Shown here piece after piece: positions 1 through 10,898 of a stretch of 64,000 nt of DNA. The translations under genes were made by a program, and so were the position numbers. The notes below the pieces were generated by a model. That model searched no databases, was not told the DNA's origin, and saw only the letters and a list, made by a program, of their open reading frames with translations. This DNA comes from a virus. Position 1 is the stretch's first letter. Each line of letters begins with the position of its first letter. The stretch is from the IMG/VR virus record IMGVR_UViG_3300032213_001988, positions 1 to 64,000 of that record. One strand, written 5' to 3'.

Positions 1-2041
1 CAGTTATGGTTGTGTACTGAGTTGTTATTGATGGGCTTTCAGTATAAGTTCCTGGATGAACAATAATTGTTTTGCGTTGTGCGGTTATTAAAGTTAGTGC
101 TTTGGTAATAGAAGCAACTGGAGCAAGTAGATCTCCATTACCAGTAGTATCATTACCGTCTATCTGACTGACGTGAATCTCATAGTCAAAGCCAGCAAAG
201 GCTGTACCTGCAGCACCAGTTGGACCCGTAGGACCAACGTTAGATGAAGCGGACTCAACCCAATAGCCATCATAGTAAATGTAGATCTGTCCAGACGAGC
301 TGTTAAACCAAGCGTCACCAGTAGCTGGAGATGTAGGAGGGGTATCAGCAGATGTTGTAAACTTTCCAACTGCTCCTGTAGGACCAGTTGCTCCTGTTGC
401 AGATGCTGAACCAGGAATACCCTGTGCTCCTGTAGGTCCCGTTGGTCCGGTAACAGTGCTTGCTGGACCAGTAGGTCCTGTTGTTCCTTGCGCACCTGTT
501 GGACCTGTAGGTCCACCACTAGGTCCTGTTGGTCCAGTAGGGCCAGTGTCACCGATGTTACTTGACGCAGACTCTACCCAGAACCCGTCGTAGTAGACAT
601 AGATCTGACCAGTTGAACTATTAAACCAAGCGTCGCCGACATTAGGGTTTGCTGGTGGAGTGTCTGCTGAAGTTGTAAACTTACCGAGAGGACCAGTTGC
701 TCCTGTTGCACCAGTCGATGATGCAAAACCTGGAACACCTTGCGGTCCTGTTGGGCCAGTCGGGCCTGTAGGTCCCGTAGGACCTGTAACTGTAGAGGCA
801 GGGCCAGTTGGACCAGTAGGTCCACCACTTGGTCCGATTGGGCCTGTAGGACCCGTTTCACCAATGTTAGACGACGCAGACTCTACCCAAAAGCCATCAT
901 AGTAAACGTATATTTGACCAGTAGTTGAGTTAAACCAAGCATCACCAATAGATGGGTTTGCTGGAGGTGTGTCTGCTGCAACAGTAAAGCGGCCAGTGCC
1001 AGTCGCACCAGTTGCGCCCGTTACACCAGTAAGTCCTTGAATACCTTGTGTACCTTGCGGTCCTGTCGGGCCAGCTTGCCCCTGTGGGCCAGTAGCACCT
1101 GTTGCACCAACAGCACCAGTTGGACCAGTGACAGTTGATGCTGCCCCTGTAGCGCCAGTTGCACCAGTAGCACCCGTTGCTCCTGTTGGACCAGTAGGAC
1201 CAGTGACTGTACTAGCTGCTCCAGTTGGTCCAGTCGGACCAGTATCACCCCGGGTTCCAACAGCACCAGCAAGATTTATTTTCCAAGAAGTGTACGTGCC
1301 TGAGCCTGTTTTGTTTTTAAGATCAACTACAAGACTTCCCGTTGCTTTGTTATAAGAAACAACTTCACCGTGCATGTGATTGCTTATGTCGTAAGCAATA
1401 GTTACACTTTGAGCTATCGAGTAATCAAGTTGTAGATCTGCTGTAGTAAGAGTAATTTGACCGTTAGAAGCAATAGTTAACGAAGTTGTAGACGTTGTGC
1501 TGTATGTGTCACCATCTAAACCAGCAGCGCCTGTCGGTCCCGTTGGACCTGCAACTGTAGACTGCGCGCCTGTTGGTCCCGTTGCGCCAGTTGCACCAGT
1601 AGCTCCCGTCGCACCCGTTGCGCCAGTTGCACCAGTAGCTCCCGTGGGCCCTGCGTTCCCTTGCGGTCCTGTTGGTCCAACTTCTCCAGGAACACCTTGA
1701 TTACCCTGGACGCCTTGTGAACCGGTGGGACCAAGATCTCCTGTCGCGCCTGTTGGCCCCGTCGGTCCCATTAGACCAGTCGGACCACGCGCTCCTTCAA
1801 GACCTTGGCTTCCCGTCGCACCAGTTGCACCTGTCGCACCGGTTGGACCCGTTGCGCCAGCTAAACCTGCAGTACCTGTTGGGCCGGTAGCTCCAGTGGC
1901 TCCAGCAGATACCCAGGATGTTCCGTCATAGATGTAGAGTTTCTTGTCAGTGGTATTGAAATAGACATCACCCACTGCCGGACCGGCTGGCGCTTCGGCC
2001 AGCTGCAGTACGTTTAGCGGTACAAGAAATCTACGGCTCAT
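1..2041 (-). CDS. Collagen-like tail fibre/adhesin, partial (runs off the left edge); enters a probable beta-helix domain at the edge
   Basis: Not in the ORF track because it is open-ended. ATG at 2041 with [19 protein letters not shown]..., long G-P/A-T triplet tracts, repeated [15 protein letters not shown] modules, and at the edge [14 protein letters not shown]...PVASITKAL...[10 protein letters not shown]. Confidence 0.85.
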   Translation of the reverse strand, partial: MSRRFLVPLNVLQLAEAPAGPAVGDVYFNTTDKKLYIYDGTSWVSAGATGATGPTGTAGLAGATGPTGATGATGATGSQGLEGARGPTGLMGPTGPTGATGDLGPTGSQGVQGNQGVPGEVGPTGPQGNAGPTGATGATGATGATGATGATGATGPTGAQSTVAGPTGPTGAAGLDGDTYSTTSTTSLTIASNGQITLTTADLQLDYSIAQSVTIAYDISNHMHGEVVSYNKATGSLVVDLKNKTGSGTYTSWKINLAGAVGTRGDTGPTGPTGAASTVTGPTGPTGATGATGATGATGAASTVTGPTGAVGATGATGPQGQAGPTGPQGTQGIQGLTGVTGATGATGTGRFTVAADTPPANPSIGDAWFNSTTGQIYVYYDGFWVESASSNIGETGPTGPIGPSGGPTGPTGPASTVTGPTGPTGPTGPTGPQGVPGFASSTGATGATGPLGKFTTSADTPPANPNVGDAWFNSSTGQIYVYYDGFWVESASSNIGDTGPTGPTGPSGGPTGPTGAQGTTGPTGPASTVTGPTGPTGAQGIPGSASATGATGPTGAVGKFTTSADTPPTSPATGDAWFNSSSGQIYIYYDGYWVESASSNVGPTGPTGAAGTAFAGFDYEIHVSQIDGNDTTGNGDLLAPVASITKALTLITAQRKTIIVHPGTYTESPSITTQYTTIT

Positions 2042-2074
2042 GTAGCCTCCTATATTACTAGGTTGCTATCGAAA

Positions 2075-3625
2075 TTAGCCGACGATGACTACGCGATATT
2101 GGTTTGTTGTTGGAGCAACTGCGAAGGCAATTGTTACGGTGTCTACCGTTGAGTGTGTGGCGTCAGCAAATACCTCTGCGTATGTAGAGTTGTCATACAC
2201 GGTAATAGCGACGTCACGAGTGTTGAAGCTGTGGGTAAGCACGAAGCTGGTTGCTGCGTTGTTTCCAACTGAGGCTGCAAACTTACGGGCAACGACTGTT
2301 GTATCAATCGCAATGGTGTCAGAGCTTACAGTGATACCAGTTCCAGCGCCAACGTTGAGGGTGTTGCCACTCTTTGTGAGACCGTCACCAGCAACTATCT
2401 GGCCAAGGCCAGTAAATTGTGTAAAGACAAGCTCTGTTGTTCCAATGGTGACTGCGCCGTCAGTTGTTAGTACGTAGCCGGAATCTGCGTTAGCAGTTCC
2501 TTCCTCTACGAATACTGCAAATGATGCGGTGACCTCGGTTGCGACGTCAGCATCTGTAGAGCGGTCTGGAGCTCCAGATGCCTTAACAACGTAGATACCG
2601 TTTTGTGCAGCGTTTGTCTGGTTCTTAACGAGTACTCGGTCGCCAGTAGCAAGAGTTACTCCGTCAATAACATCTCCGTTTTCAAGAGCGTTTGAAAGGT
2701 TTACGTTCGCAGTTGTTGCTACACGAACAGATCCCTTCCAGTCAATGCCTTGAACTGCGGTGTCTACGTAGGACTTTGTTGCTGCGTCTGACGCAGATGT
2801 AGGCGCGCCAAGACCTGTGATCTTGTTACCACCAGCAGCAAGGTCACTACCAAGTGTCTTGTTTGAAAGTGTCTGAGTGTCGGTTGTACCAACGACTGCG
2901 CCGGTTACTCCATGTACACCAGTTGATGCACCTGTGTGGGTTGTAAGGCTTGATGATGAAGCCTTGGCGTCCAACTGTGTCTGGATATTAGAGGTTACAC
3001 CGTTAAGGTAACCAATCTCTGTATCATCTACATCTGTGACTCTAAGTTGAACAGTTCCTGTAGCATCTGGGAAGGTAATTGTACGATCTGCAGTTGGATC
3101 TGTGACTGCAAGTGTTGTCTCGTGAGCGTCTGCTGTAGCGCCCTCAATAACGATACTTCCGTCTGAAACTGTAAGCCCTGAAACTACTGGGCTTGTGAGA
3201 GTCTTATTTGTAAGAGTCTGAGTATCAGATGTTCCAACAACGTTACCAGTTACACCGTGAATGCCGCTTGATGCATTGTGAGTTGAGACTGCACCCGAGA
3301 TGGAATCATCGATGTACTTCTTGGACTCGCCGATCTTTGCCCACGCGGTACCGTTGTCATAGTAAAGTACTAGCTCGGTGGCGTCGGTTGCAAAGAAAAG
3401 ACGACCAGCAGAACCAGCTGCAGGACGTGATGCAAGGGTTCCAGCAACGATCTTGCCAACTGCCTCAAATGCTGTGCCGTTGTAGACGTAGGTGGTCTTG
3501 TCTCCAGTGTTGTAGTAGACGTGACCTTCACCCAACGCTGTGGGTGCGGTTGCTAAGTTCTGGAACTTAACATTTAAGATCTCTAAACCGGTGAGATCAA
3601 TCGGGGTTAAAAACTTACGTGACAT
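2075..3625 (-). CDS. Tail fibre / minor virion protein
   Basis: 516 aa. N-terminus MSRKFLTPI is paralogous to the 2041 gene. Contains the widespread fibre motif DWKGSVRVATTAN...IDGVTLATGDRVLVKNQT...QNGIYVV. Confidence 0.75.
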   Translation of the reverse strand: MSRKFLTPIDLTGLEILNVKFQNLATAPTALGEGHVYYNTGDKTTYVYNGTAFEAVGKIVAGTLASRPAAGSAGRLFFATDATELVLYYDNGTAWAKIGESKKYIDDSISGAVSTHNASSGIHGVTGNVVGTSDTQTLTNKTLTSPVVSGLTVSDGSIVIEGATADAHETTLAVTDPTADRTITFPDATGTVQLRVTDVDDTEIGYLNGVTSNIQTQLDAKASSSSLTTHTGASTGVHGVTGAVVGTTDTQTLSNKTLGSDLAAGGNKITGLGAPTSASDAATKSYVDTAVQGIDWKGSVRVATTANVNLSNALENGDVIDGVTLATGDRVLVKNQTNAAQNGIYVVKASGAPDRSTDADVATEVTASFAVFVEEGTANADSGYVLTTDGAVTIGTTELVFTQFTGLGQIVAGDGLTKSGNTLNVGAGTGITVSSDTIAIDTTVVARKFAASVGNNAATSFVLTHSFNTRDVAITVYDNSTYAEVFADATHSTVDTVTIAFAVAPTTNQYRVVIVG

Positions 3626-3635
3626 TTAGAGCTCC

Positions 3636-4721
<1,086 letters not shown>

Positions 4722-4725
4722 TCAT

Positions 4726-4848
4726 CTACCTCGCACCAAAGATTGCAACTTCGACTACTTCTTCTGTAACAACGACCTCAATGGTTCCGTCTATTACCTC
4801 AAAAGTGATAGGCGAGGTAAAAACTTCTAGTGTCGCATTTTGCGTCAT
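4726..4848 (-). CDS. 40-aa micro-protein paralogous to the N-terminus of the 3636-4721 protein
   Basis: MTQNATLEVFTSPITFEVIDGTIEVVVTEEVVEVAIFGAR*. Its ATG overlaps the upstream TGA (ATGA coupling). Below the ORF-track size cut-off. Confidence 0.7.
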   Translation of the reverse strand: MTQNATLEVFTSPITFEVIDGTIEVVVTEEVVEVAIFGAR

Positions 4849-5195
4849 CTAGTTACCTCTGGTGTAACAACAAACTTACCTTCTAAGATTCTTTGAACGG
4901 TTGTATCTGGAGCAACCAGCTCCATGTCATAGAGGTAGGTTCCTGCAGGTATGCTTGAAGTAGCACCTGCGGTGATAGTTATAACTATTGTGCCAGTTGC
5001 GCCTGTAATGGTTATCCCATTACCTACCGACAGATTCACAATTAAGTTATCTGAGGTGTAGTCCGGGCGAACCTGCATCCTTGCAGTATAGCCTGTGAGG
5101 TTAACAACCTCGTTGCTGATCTTATACACTAGGCGACGAGTAAATGTAGATCCCTGGTTGCAGGTAAGGGTTAACGAGCTGTCCTTATACCTCAT
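4845..5195 (-). CDS. Small Ig-like virion protein (BppU-N-like fibre anchor)
   Basis: 116 aa beta-rich: NLTGYTARMQVR...GTYLYDMELV...RILEGKFVVTPEVTR; AGGAG RBS. Confidence 0.65.
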   Translation of the reverse strand: MRYKDSSLTLTCNQGSTFTRRLVYKISNEVVNLTGYTARMQVRPDYTSDNLIVNLSVGNGITITGATGTIVITITAGATSSIPAGTYLYDMELVAPDTTVQRILEGKFVVTPEVTR

Positions 5196-5301
5196 GTAGA
5201 TTCACTCCTACCAATTAAATAGACCTAGCTCCCCAAGCATATTTTAGCCCGTTTTATCTTTGTCTACTAGGTGTTTTGACGATACCACGCGGTGAAAACC
5301 C

Positions 5302-5310
5302 TGCTATAAT
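5302..5310 (+). promoter_or_regulatory. Extended -10 promoter (TGCTATAAT) upstream of the recombinase
   Basis: TGnTATAAT consensus in the intergenic region. Confidence 0.5.
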
Positions 5311-5397
5311 CATACACGTTTAACCAAAAGGGTGTACACTAGTTTTACGGGTAAAGAATTGTACATTCATGCGGAATTTGATGAATATGGAGAATTT

Positions 5398-6060
5398 ATG
5401 ACAGCAGGGATAGCACTACTTTATGCACGCGTTTCAACCCAAATGCAGGCCTCAGATGGCATGTCTTTGGACGCTCAGGAGAGGGAACTTCGGGCAGCAG
5501 CTACGTTTGCAGGCTACACCGAGATGGAACTTGTTCGCGAGGAGGGACGCTCTGGCAAGTCAATTAAAGGTCGCCCTGCCCTGCTTGGCGCACTTAGTAG
5601 ATTAGACAATGGAACAGCCTCGGCGCTGATTGTTACCCGTGTGGACCGCCTCGCACGTTCCACAAAGGACTTCTTAAACATCGTTGACAGAGCAAACCAG
5701 AAGGGTTGGCGTCTAGTGATGCTAGATCTTAATCTCGATACATCAACTTATCAAGGACGCTTCGTTGTGACAATCATGTCTGCTCTTGCTGAAATGGAAC
5801 GATCTATCATCTCAGAAAGACAGAAGTCAGTTCACAAGTATCGCCGTGAGACAGGGCAAAACTGGGGAGTTGATCTTGGCCCTAAAAGTAAGATCTCAGA
5901 AGATGCGATAAAGATCATCACAGAACTGCGAGATAAAGGTGTTTCATATCATGAAATAGCTCGTCAATTAAATGCTCAAAACATTCCAACTGCTTTGGGT
6001 GGAAATTGGCACGGATCAACTATTCGTAAAACTCTTAACTTCTTAAAAGGTAATAAATAG
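5398..6060 (+). CDS. Small serine recombinase (resolvase/invertase family) with C-terminal HTH/recombinase domain
   Basis: YARVST...SLDAQ, SGK...RPAL, VTRVDRLARS motifs. Likely start is ATG 5398 after GGAGA; the ORF track starts at 5332. Confidence 0.9.
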   Translation: MTAGIALLYARVSTQMQASDGMSLDAQERELRAAATFAGYTEMELVREEGRSGKSIKGRPALLGALSRLDNGTASALIVTRVDRLARSTKDFLNIVDRANQKGWRLVMLDLNLDTSTYQGRFVVTIMSALAEMERSIISERQKSVHKYRRETGQNWGVDLGPKSKISEDAIKIITELRDKGVSYHEIARQLNAQNIPTALGGNWHGSTIRKTLNFLKGNK

Positions 6061-6086
6061 AAGAAGGGCCTGATCTCTCAGGCCCT
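6052..6086 (-). terminator. Intrinsic terminator for the leftward primase operon
   Basis: 9-bp stem agggcctga/tcaggccct (6065-6086) with a GAGA loop on the minus strand, followed by a U-rich tract; lies between convergent genes. Confidence 0.7.
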
Positions 6087-6177
6087 CCGGGATTTACGTG
6101 TCTCTCCCAAGTACGTAGTTGATCCTGTTTGTACTATATACCTTTTTGTTGTACTTTGGCGTATTCTTGGGTGTTTC

Positions 6178-6720
6178 TTATTTTTCTTCTACAGCAGTAA
6201 AGGCACTCAACGGCGCGGATACTTCGTCGCCATTCTCATCTATCGGTGTAAGCGTAACTTCATGCTGCCTATCTAGCGAGGTAAGCATTCCTCCTACTGG
6301 AGGCAGTTTTGCAGCCTGCTCATCATTTTCTACATACTCAACAACGATTAAATCTAGTTCGGTAGCAATTGCAGCCTCAAGACGAGCACCCTTGCTTTCT
6401 TCCCAGCCTGGCAGCAGAACAATCGTGTCAGCCTCAAGTAGATACTTAACAGCTTCACGCATGTACTCCTTGCGCTCTTTTGTTAGGTCACCATCAAAAA
6501 ACTCGGCAGGGCTGCACACTGCAAAATTGGCGTCCCTAAACTCTTTTGCAACTCTATCAAAAAGTTCGTGGTTGTAGTTAGGAATTCCAGTCATTGGACC
6601 ACTTAGGTACATCCTGCTCATTCCATGCTCTACACTTTCAACCACGTCCTCGTTGCGAATTACAGTTACACCTTCAACATCTTCGCTGATGATCTCTGCA
6701 TCTATAATTTCTTCACTCAT
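6178..6720 (-). CDS. DUF4406-like protein (nucleoside 2-deoxyribosyltransferase-like fold)
   Basis: YLSGPMTG.PNYN...F...SPAEF...LLEADTIVLLPGWEESKGARLE. Confidence 0.75.
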   Translation of the reverse strand: MSEEIIDAEIISEDVEGVTVIRNEDVVESVEHGMSRMYLSGPMTGIPNYNHELFDRVAKEFRDANFAVCSPAEFFDGDLTKERKEYMREAVKYLLEADTIVLLPGWEESKGARLEAAIATELDLIVVEYVENDEQAAKLPPVGGMLTSLDRQHEVTLTPIDENGDEVSAPLSAFTAVEEK

Positions 6721-6952
6721 TTTCTTTATCCTCCTGTTGTCTTTCTTCCCGTGGCGGGCCAGATAACGCTATATTAGCTGCCACGTCTAGTCCGCTAATA
6801 AAGTAGTTTGATATTCCACGTTCTAAGGCAAATGCTGAGTAGGCAGATATCTCGTTAGATATTTTACTGCGAATCTCTGACTCGATCTCTAAGCGAATCT
6901 GAGACATCTGACTCCAAGGCATTTGCCATGATTCTGCACTCTGTTCTCCCAT
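6713..6952 (-). CDS. Hypothetical protein
   Basis: 79-aa ORF tightly packed between primase and the DUF4406-like gene. Confidence 0.6.
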   Translation of the reverse strand: MGEQSAESWQMPWSQMSQIRLEIESEIRSKISNEISAYSAFALERGISNYFISGLDVAANIALSGPPREERQQEDKENE

Positions 6953-6961
6953 ACGTGTTTT

Positions 6962-9595
6962 CTACCCTCTCGCAAAACGCGTAGCAGTTGCCCAGTCGAC
7001 ATCTCCAGTAGGAACAGCACGTGGTATAAGTACTCTACCAACTATCTCGGCTCTTGAACCTAAACCAGTAATATCGTGACCACGATCTGATATCTTTCTC
7101 TGGAAGGCAATCTGCGTCATCGCACGTTCACCACGTTCTTCACTCCATAGACGATATACAGCATATAGAGCCTTAACTGGTAGACGCGCGCCTTCAGACT
7201 CCTTAGTTTCTTCATTTAAGAAGATACCGATTCGGTCTTCATTCTTACGGTACATGTCTGCAGCCTCTGACACAGCAGCACACCACCCAAGTGAGTCGCG
7301 CGCGCTTGAACCTAGAAGTTTGATTGCGCCTTCAACTGCCCAAGAAAGAACAGCAGGCAACGCACCTTCAGGATCAAATATGTAAGCTTTTAACTCTGGG
7401 TCTGGAGATTCTGGAACCTTTGACCAAGGAATTGGTCTAATACGACGCCACATCGCGTCGTCAGTGATAATAGGTCTGTGGTTTGTAGTAACCCATAGTT
7501 TTGCACGTGATTGAAACGTAAAAGGTTTCTCTCCAGGTGAACGAGCAGAGATTTCAGAAGAACCAGTTAATTTCTTAACTGCGTTTTCTTTCATGCGCTC
7601 GCCGTCTGGCAACTCGTCGACCCAAACCATACGGCGTCCACGTAACTCAGCCCAGTGATAGAGATCTGATCCACTTGAGTTTCCATCATTTTGTGCAAGG
7701 ATTGACGAGTCAAGTGGCCAAGCATATTGTTGCGTTCCAAGGCACTTTACAAGAGCTTCAACAAATGTATTTTTACCTGAGCCTGAAGGGCCGTAGACTA
7801 AGAACATTACGTCGTGCGTGCGTAGACCAGTTAGCGAGAAGCCCGCTGCACGCTGGAGCCAATCCTGTAGTTCCTTATCTCCACCAGTTGCGAAGTCAAT
7901 AAACTGTTCCCAACGTATGTTGCGCATTCCTTGAGTGTAAGCTACTGGTGCGCGACGCGTGATGTAAAGATCAGGCCGTCCTTTCAGTAGCTCGCCGGTG
8001 CGAAGATCTATAACGCCGTTTATGACACCAAGAAGATGTTCATCACTGTCCCAGTTTTCCACGCCAACAAGAATACGTGGATCAGACGTAGCAGATTCAA
8101 TCGCACCGGCAAGTCTAGAGTTTGATTTTGCTTGCTGTGCCCATTTAATTACTTCACCTTGCTTGTCAGGGTCTTCGTAGTTTACTACCTCACTAGCAAT
8201 GATTGGCGCAAGTTTCTTTGTGAGCTCACGCATTTCAAGGTTTTCAACATCAGGCTTCCAATAGTTACCATCCCAGTGAAACCAACCAAGCCCTGGAGTG
8301 TAACGAACTGCTGGGCCAAACGCGTCTACAAGACGACGACCATTGCCTGTATCAGTTAACGTTCTTTTTCCAGGTTCTCCGCCTTCGTTCTCACCGATGG
8401 CATCTGCGTCACCTGGTACATCAATGTTAGAAAGATTAGAGGCGTCACGAACAGAGTCACCATCATGAATACCAGCGCTAATACTTCCACCAACAGTACC
8501 TGGTAGATGGCTGTTTTCGTTAAAGCCGTGAGAACGAGTTTCTACTGATGCAGCAGGCTGTTCGCCATTTTTCTTTGCTACAACTTTTGCCTGTGATTCT
8601 TGCTGCGATTTTTGTGCCCACTCTGTAAGACCTGGCCACATGCGGTCTGTTTTTGGATTTTCAATAACAAATGTAATTGCACGACGAACGTGCATAAGTA
8701 ATCCGCCTTGCCCTTCAAGCTCTAGCGGAGGGCGCACCTTCTCTGCGTTAAATCGAATCATCATTGTTTCAACTGCAAGACGTCCAGCCTCAGTTTGCAC
8801 TGGGAATTTATTTGCAAGAGCACAAGCCATACGAAATATGTCTACAGCGCGTGAGCCTTCATCAATTCCTTCTTCAAGAAGTTTTTCAATGTCGACTCTT
8901 TCGCCACCAAAGTCTAATCCATCAAGCCAACCCCACTCAGCTTCGCCTAAAGCAGTTCCGCCACGGCGTTGTCTCTTGCGTAGAACTGATAAAAGCTCTT
9001 CAGGTGCCTGCGCCATCTCAATTTCCCAAGGCGCTTTGCCTGGAACCCACTCGTAGCAATTGCCAGAGAAGTGACGTGACGGAGCAATAAGAACATATCC
9101 GTTGTGCTTAATATCAATTCCGTTAAGTCCGTTTTTCTTTAAGTTGCCAACAAGTCCTTCGTTGTCATCACATTTATAGAATAAGTGACGTCCACGAGCT
9201 TGCCCATTCTTGTATGAGTAGTTTCCAGTGAGAGCCTCAACTGTTGGAGGAAGAGCTCCGTCAAGTAGCGCCTCAAACTTCTCAAAAGAGGCAGGGCCAT
9301 CAGAACGTGGATCAATGTCAATAACAAAGAAACCAGAAGCTTGACAGTGAACACCGATGTTGTTATCAGGCGCCTGGGTGTACCAGCTGTTAATTGTTTC
9401 AAGATCTGATGTCGCGCGAGTATTCCACTCGGGTATAGATGGGTGCTTGCCTACATCCTTAGGCTCCGCATGTGGGCTGCTACATGTGCACCTTCCACCA
9501 GTAATTCCGTAACATGGAAGAATCTTCCACCCCTGCGATGCGTACCATACTGCCGCAGGTTGAAGACGACCCAGCGCTGAATCCCAATTTGTCAT
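6962..9595 (-). CDS. Bifunctional primase-polymerase plus D5/P4-type SF3 helicase
   Basis: N-terminal Prim-Pol (NIGV...FFVIDIDP, GRHLFY, DIK..GYVLIAPSRH); C-terminal Walker A GPSGSGKNT, VWVDE, LWVTTNH. Confidence 0.92.
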   Translation of the reverse strand: MTNWDSALGRLQPAAVWYASQGWKILPCYGITGGRCTCSSPHAEPKDVGKHPSIPEWNTRATSDLETINSWYTQAPDNNIGVHCQASGFFVIDIDPRSDGPASFEKFEALLDGALPPTVEALTGNYSYKNGQARGRHLFYKCDDNEGLVGNLKKNGLNGIDIKHNGYVLIAPSRHFSGNCYEWVPGKAPWEIEMAQAPEELLSVLRKRQRRGGTALGEAEWGWLDGLDFGGERVDIEKLLEEGIDEGSRAVDIFRMACALANKFPVQTEAGRLAVETMMIRFNAEKVRPPLELEGQGGLLMHVRRAITFVIENPKTDRMWPGLTEWAQKSQQESQAKVVAKKNGEQPAASVETRSHGFNENSHLPGTVGGSISAGIHDGDSVRDASNLSNIDVPGDADAIGENEGGEPGKRTLTDTGNGRRLVDAFGPAVRYTPGLGWFHWDGNYWKPDVENLEMRELTKKLAPIIASEVVNYEDPDKQGEVIKWAQQAKSNSRLAGAIESATSDPRILVGVENWDSDEHLLGVINGVIDLRTGELLKGRPDLYITRRAPVAYTQGMRNIRWEQFIDFATGGDKELQDWLQRAAGFSLTGLRTHDVMFLVYGPSGSGKNTFVEALVKCLGTQQYAWPLDSSILAQNDGNSSGSDLYHWAELRGRRMVWVDELPDGERMKENAVKKLTGSSEISARSPGEKPFTFQSRAKLWVTTNHRPIITDDAMWRRIRPIPWSKVPESPDPELKAYIFDPEGALPAVLSWAVEGAIKLLGSSARDSLGWCAAVSEAADMYRKNEDRIGIFLNEETKESEGARLPVKALYAVYRLWSEERGERAMTQIAFQRKISDRGHDITGLGSRAEIVGRVLIPRAVPTGDVDWATATRFARG

Positions 9596-9596
9596 A

Positions 9597-9806
9597 TTAT
9601 CCTTGTGTCTTACTTGCTACGAGAAGGGTAGCAAACCAGCGTTCTGCATCATCTGTAGAAATGTAGGCGCGCTCTCTTCCAGTCTCAGTTGTAGTTAGTA
9701 CTGCTGGTAGATCGCCAGAGTCAACTGCACGAGAAACAGTTCGAGCAGGTATTCCGTAAGTTAAAGCTACGTTTCTTATACTCATACGTCGTTGCGTCTG
9801 CTGCAT
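9597..9806 (-). CDS. MerR/excisionase-like helix-turn-helix DNA-binding protein
   Basis: MSIRNVALTYGIPARTVSRAVDSGDLPA; likely start ATG 9806 after GGGAGAG. Confidence 0.7.
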   Translation of the reverse strand: MQQTQRRMSIRNVALTYGIPARTVSRAVDSGDLPAVLTTTETGRERAYISTDDAERWFATLLVASKTQG

Positions 9807-10005
9807 GCTCTCCCTTTCAATACTGACAAAAACCCTAGTACATAACGCTTTTATAGGCATTGCTTAATGCAGAAGCAGTTTTGTATAATATGCGGAATTT
9901 GTGATAAATCAACTATAACGGGTATCTACCACTCATGTAAACAAACATACATACCAATTTTATGATTACAATTATTCTTACCCACTGCCGCAAAGGATCC
10001 TTTTA

Positions 10006-10377
10006 ATGCCACAAGAAGTAATCATTACCATTGCCGCTGTAATGGGTGGACTTGTCGTCATACTTGGCGGAATAATGTCAATATACAAGGTTGCTCGCCG
10101 CATCGATGAAGCCCTGGCTGTGGATGATCTAGGCAGAACAGTATCGGACCGTATGTCGCGCGTTGAGTACCAGCTTTACCGGAACGGCGGAAGCTCACTA
10201 GCTGATGAGGTAAGCGAGACGCATAGAATTGCAACGGAGACAGCGACGCAGGTACAAATAATGAAGGATATACTGTTAACTTTAATCGGGCAAGCCCCAG
10301 AATCTGCGCCAGCAAGAAGAAGAAAACCACGCGCTGCTACTAGCTTTGCTCTTAAAACATTCGATAAAGAAGACTAA
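10006..10377 (+). CDS. Single-TM membrane protein (actinophage lysis-cassette-type small protein)
   Basis: N-terminal hydrophobic helix and an NGGSSLAD motif typical of actinophage membrane proteins. Confidence 0.55.
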   Translation: MPQEVIITIAAVMGGLVVILGGIMSIYKVARRIDEALAVDDLGRTVSDRMSRVEYQLYRNGGSSLADEVSETHRIATETATQVQIMKDILLTLIGQAPESAPARRRKPRAATSFALKTFDKED

Positions 10378-10619
10378 CACCACTTAAAACTGCGCAAGTA
10401 GAAGCAGTTATCTCGACACTGTAGTAATTATATTAAACAGGGCGAGTCTGCTCAGCAGTACAGTTAGGTACACTTTTTATTAAAAAAAGATAGTCTTCAA
10501 TAGTGTACAGTTGAGCGTTACTTTTTTTACATTATTGTTTATAATATAGTTAAGTGTTTACTATAGGTATATAGTTTGCATCGTGCTGCGGCACCTACTT
10601 AGCGTTAAGATTGGTAAAA
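10378..10619. promoter_or_regulatory. AT-rich intergenic region (promoter, possibly origin)
   Basis: Non-coding, poly-T/A runs, TATAAT at 10540-10545. Confidence 0.4.
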
Positions 10620-10898
10620 ATGTCCTTAACTGAGAGGCTTTCTGTAGCCTCAGGCACAACAGTTGGTCTCCCATGCAGAGTCGGAAGTTTACTTGCTGGA
10701 GATCAGCTTTCAAAGGAAGATAAGGCAAAGCTTGCCGAAGTTCTAGAGGTTCCATACGGAGCCGCGGGGCGTCTACCTAATACAGCAATTGGTGCTGCCC
10801 TGCGTGATGAAGGCTTTGACGTTGGAGATGCAGCAGTCACAAAACACCGTCGTGGAGGATGTCGTTGTTTCGGTCCTAACCCCAAGGTTGCAATGTAA
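10620..10898 (+). CDS. Small HTH-like protein ending in HRRGGCRC
   Basis: ORF directly abuts the phosphoesterase; CRVG...HRRGGCRC may bind a metal. Confidence 0.6.
   Translation: MSLTERLSVASGTTVGLPCRVGSLLAGDQLSKEDKAKLAEVLEVPYGAAGRLPNTAIGAALRDEGFDVGDAAVTKHRRGGCRCFGPNPKVAM

Noticed and set aside
5332-5397. Longer N-terminus for the recombinase
   Set aside because: The catalytic domain begins just after ATG 5398, which has an RBS; the longer start (GTG) lacks one.
6119-6577. 152-aa plus-strand ORF
   Set aside because: It is antisense to the well-supported DUF4406-like gene.
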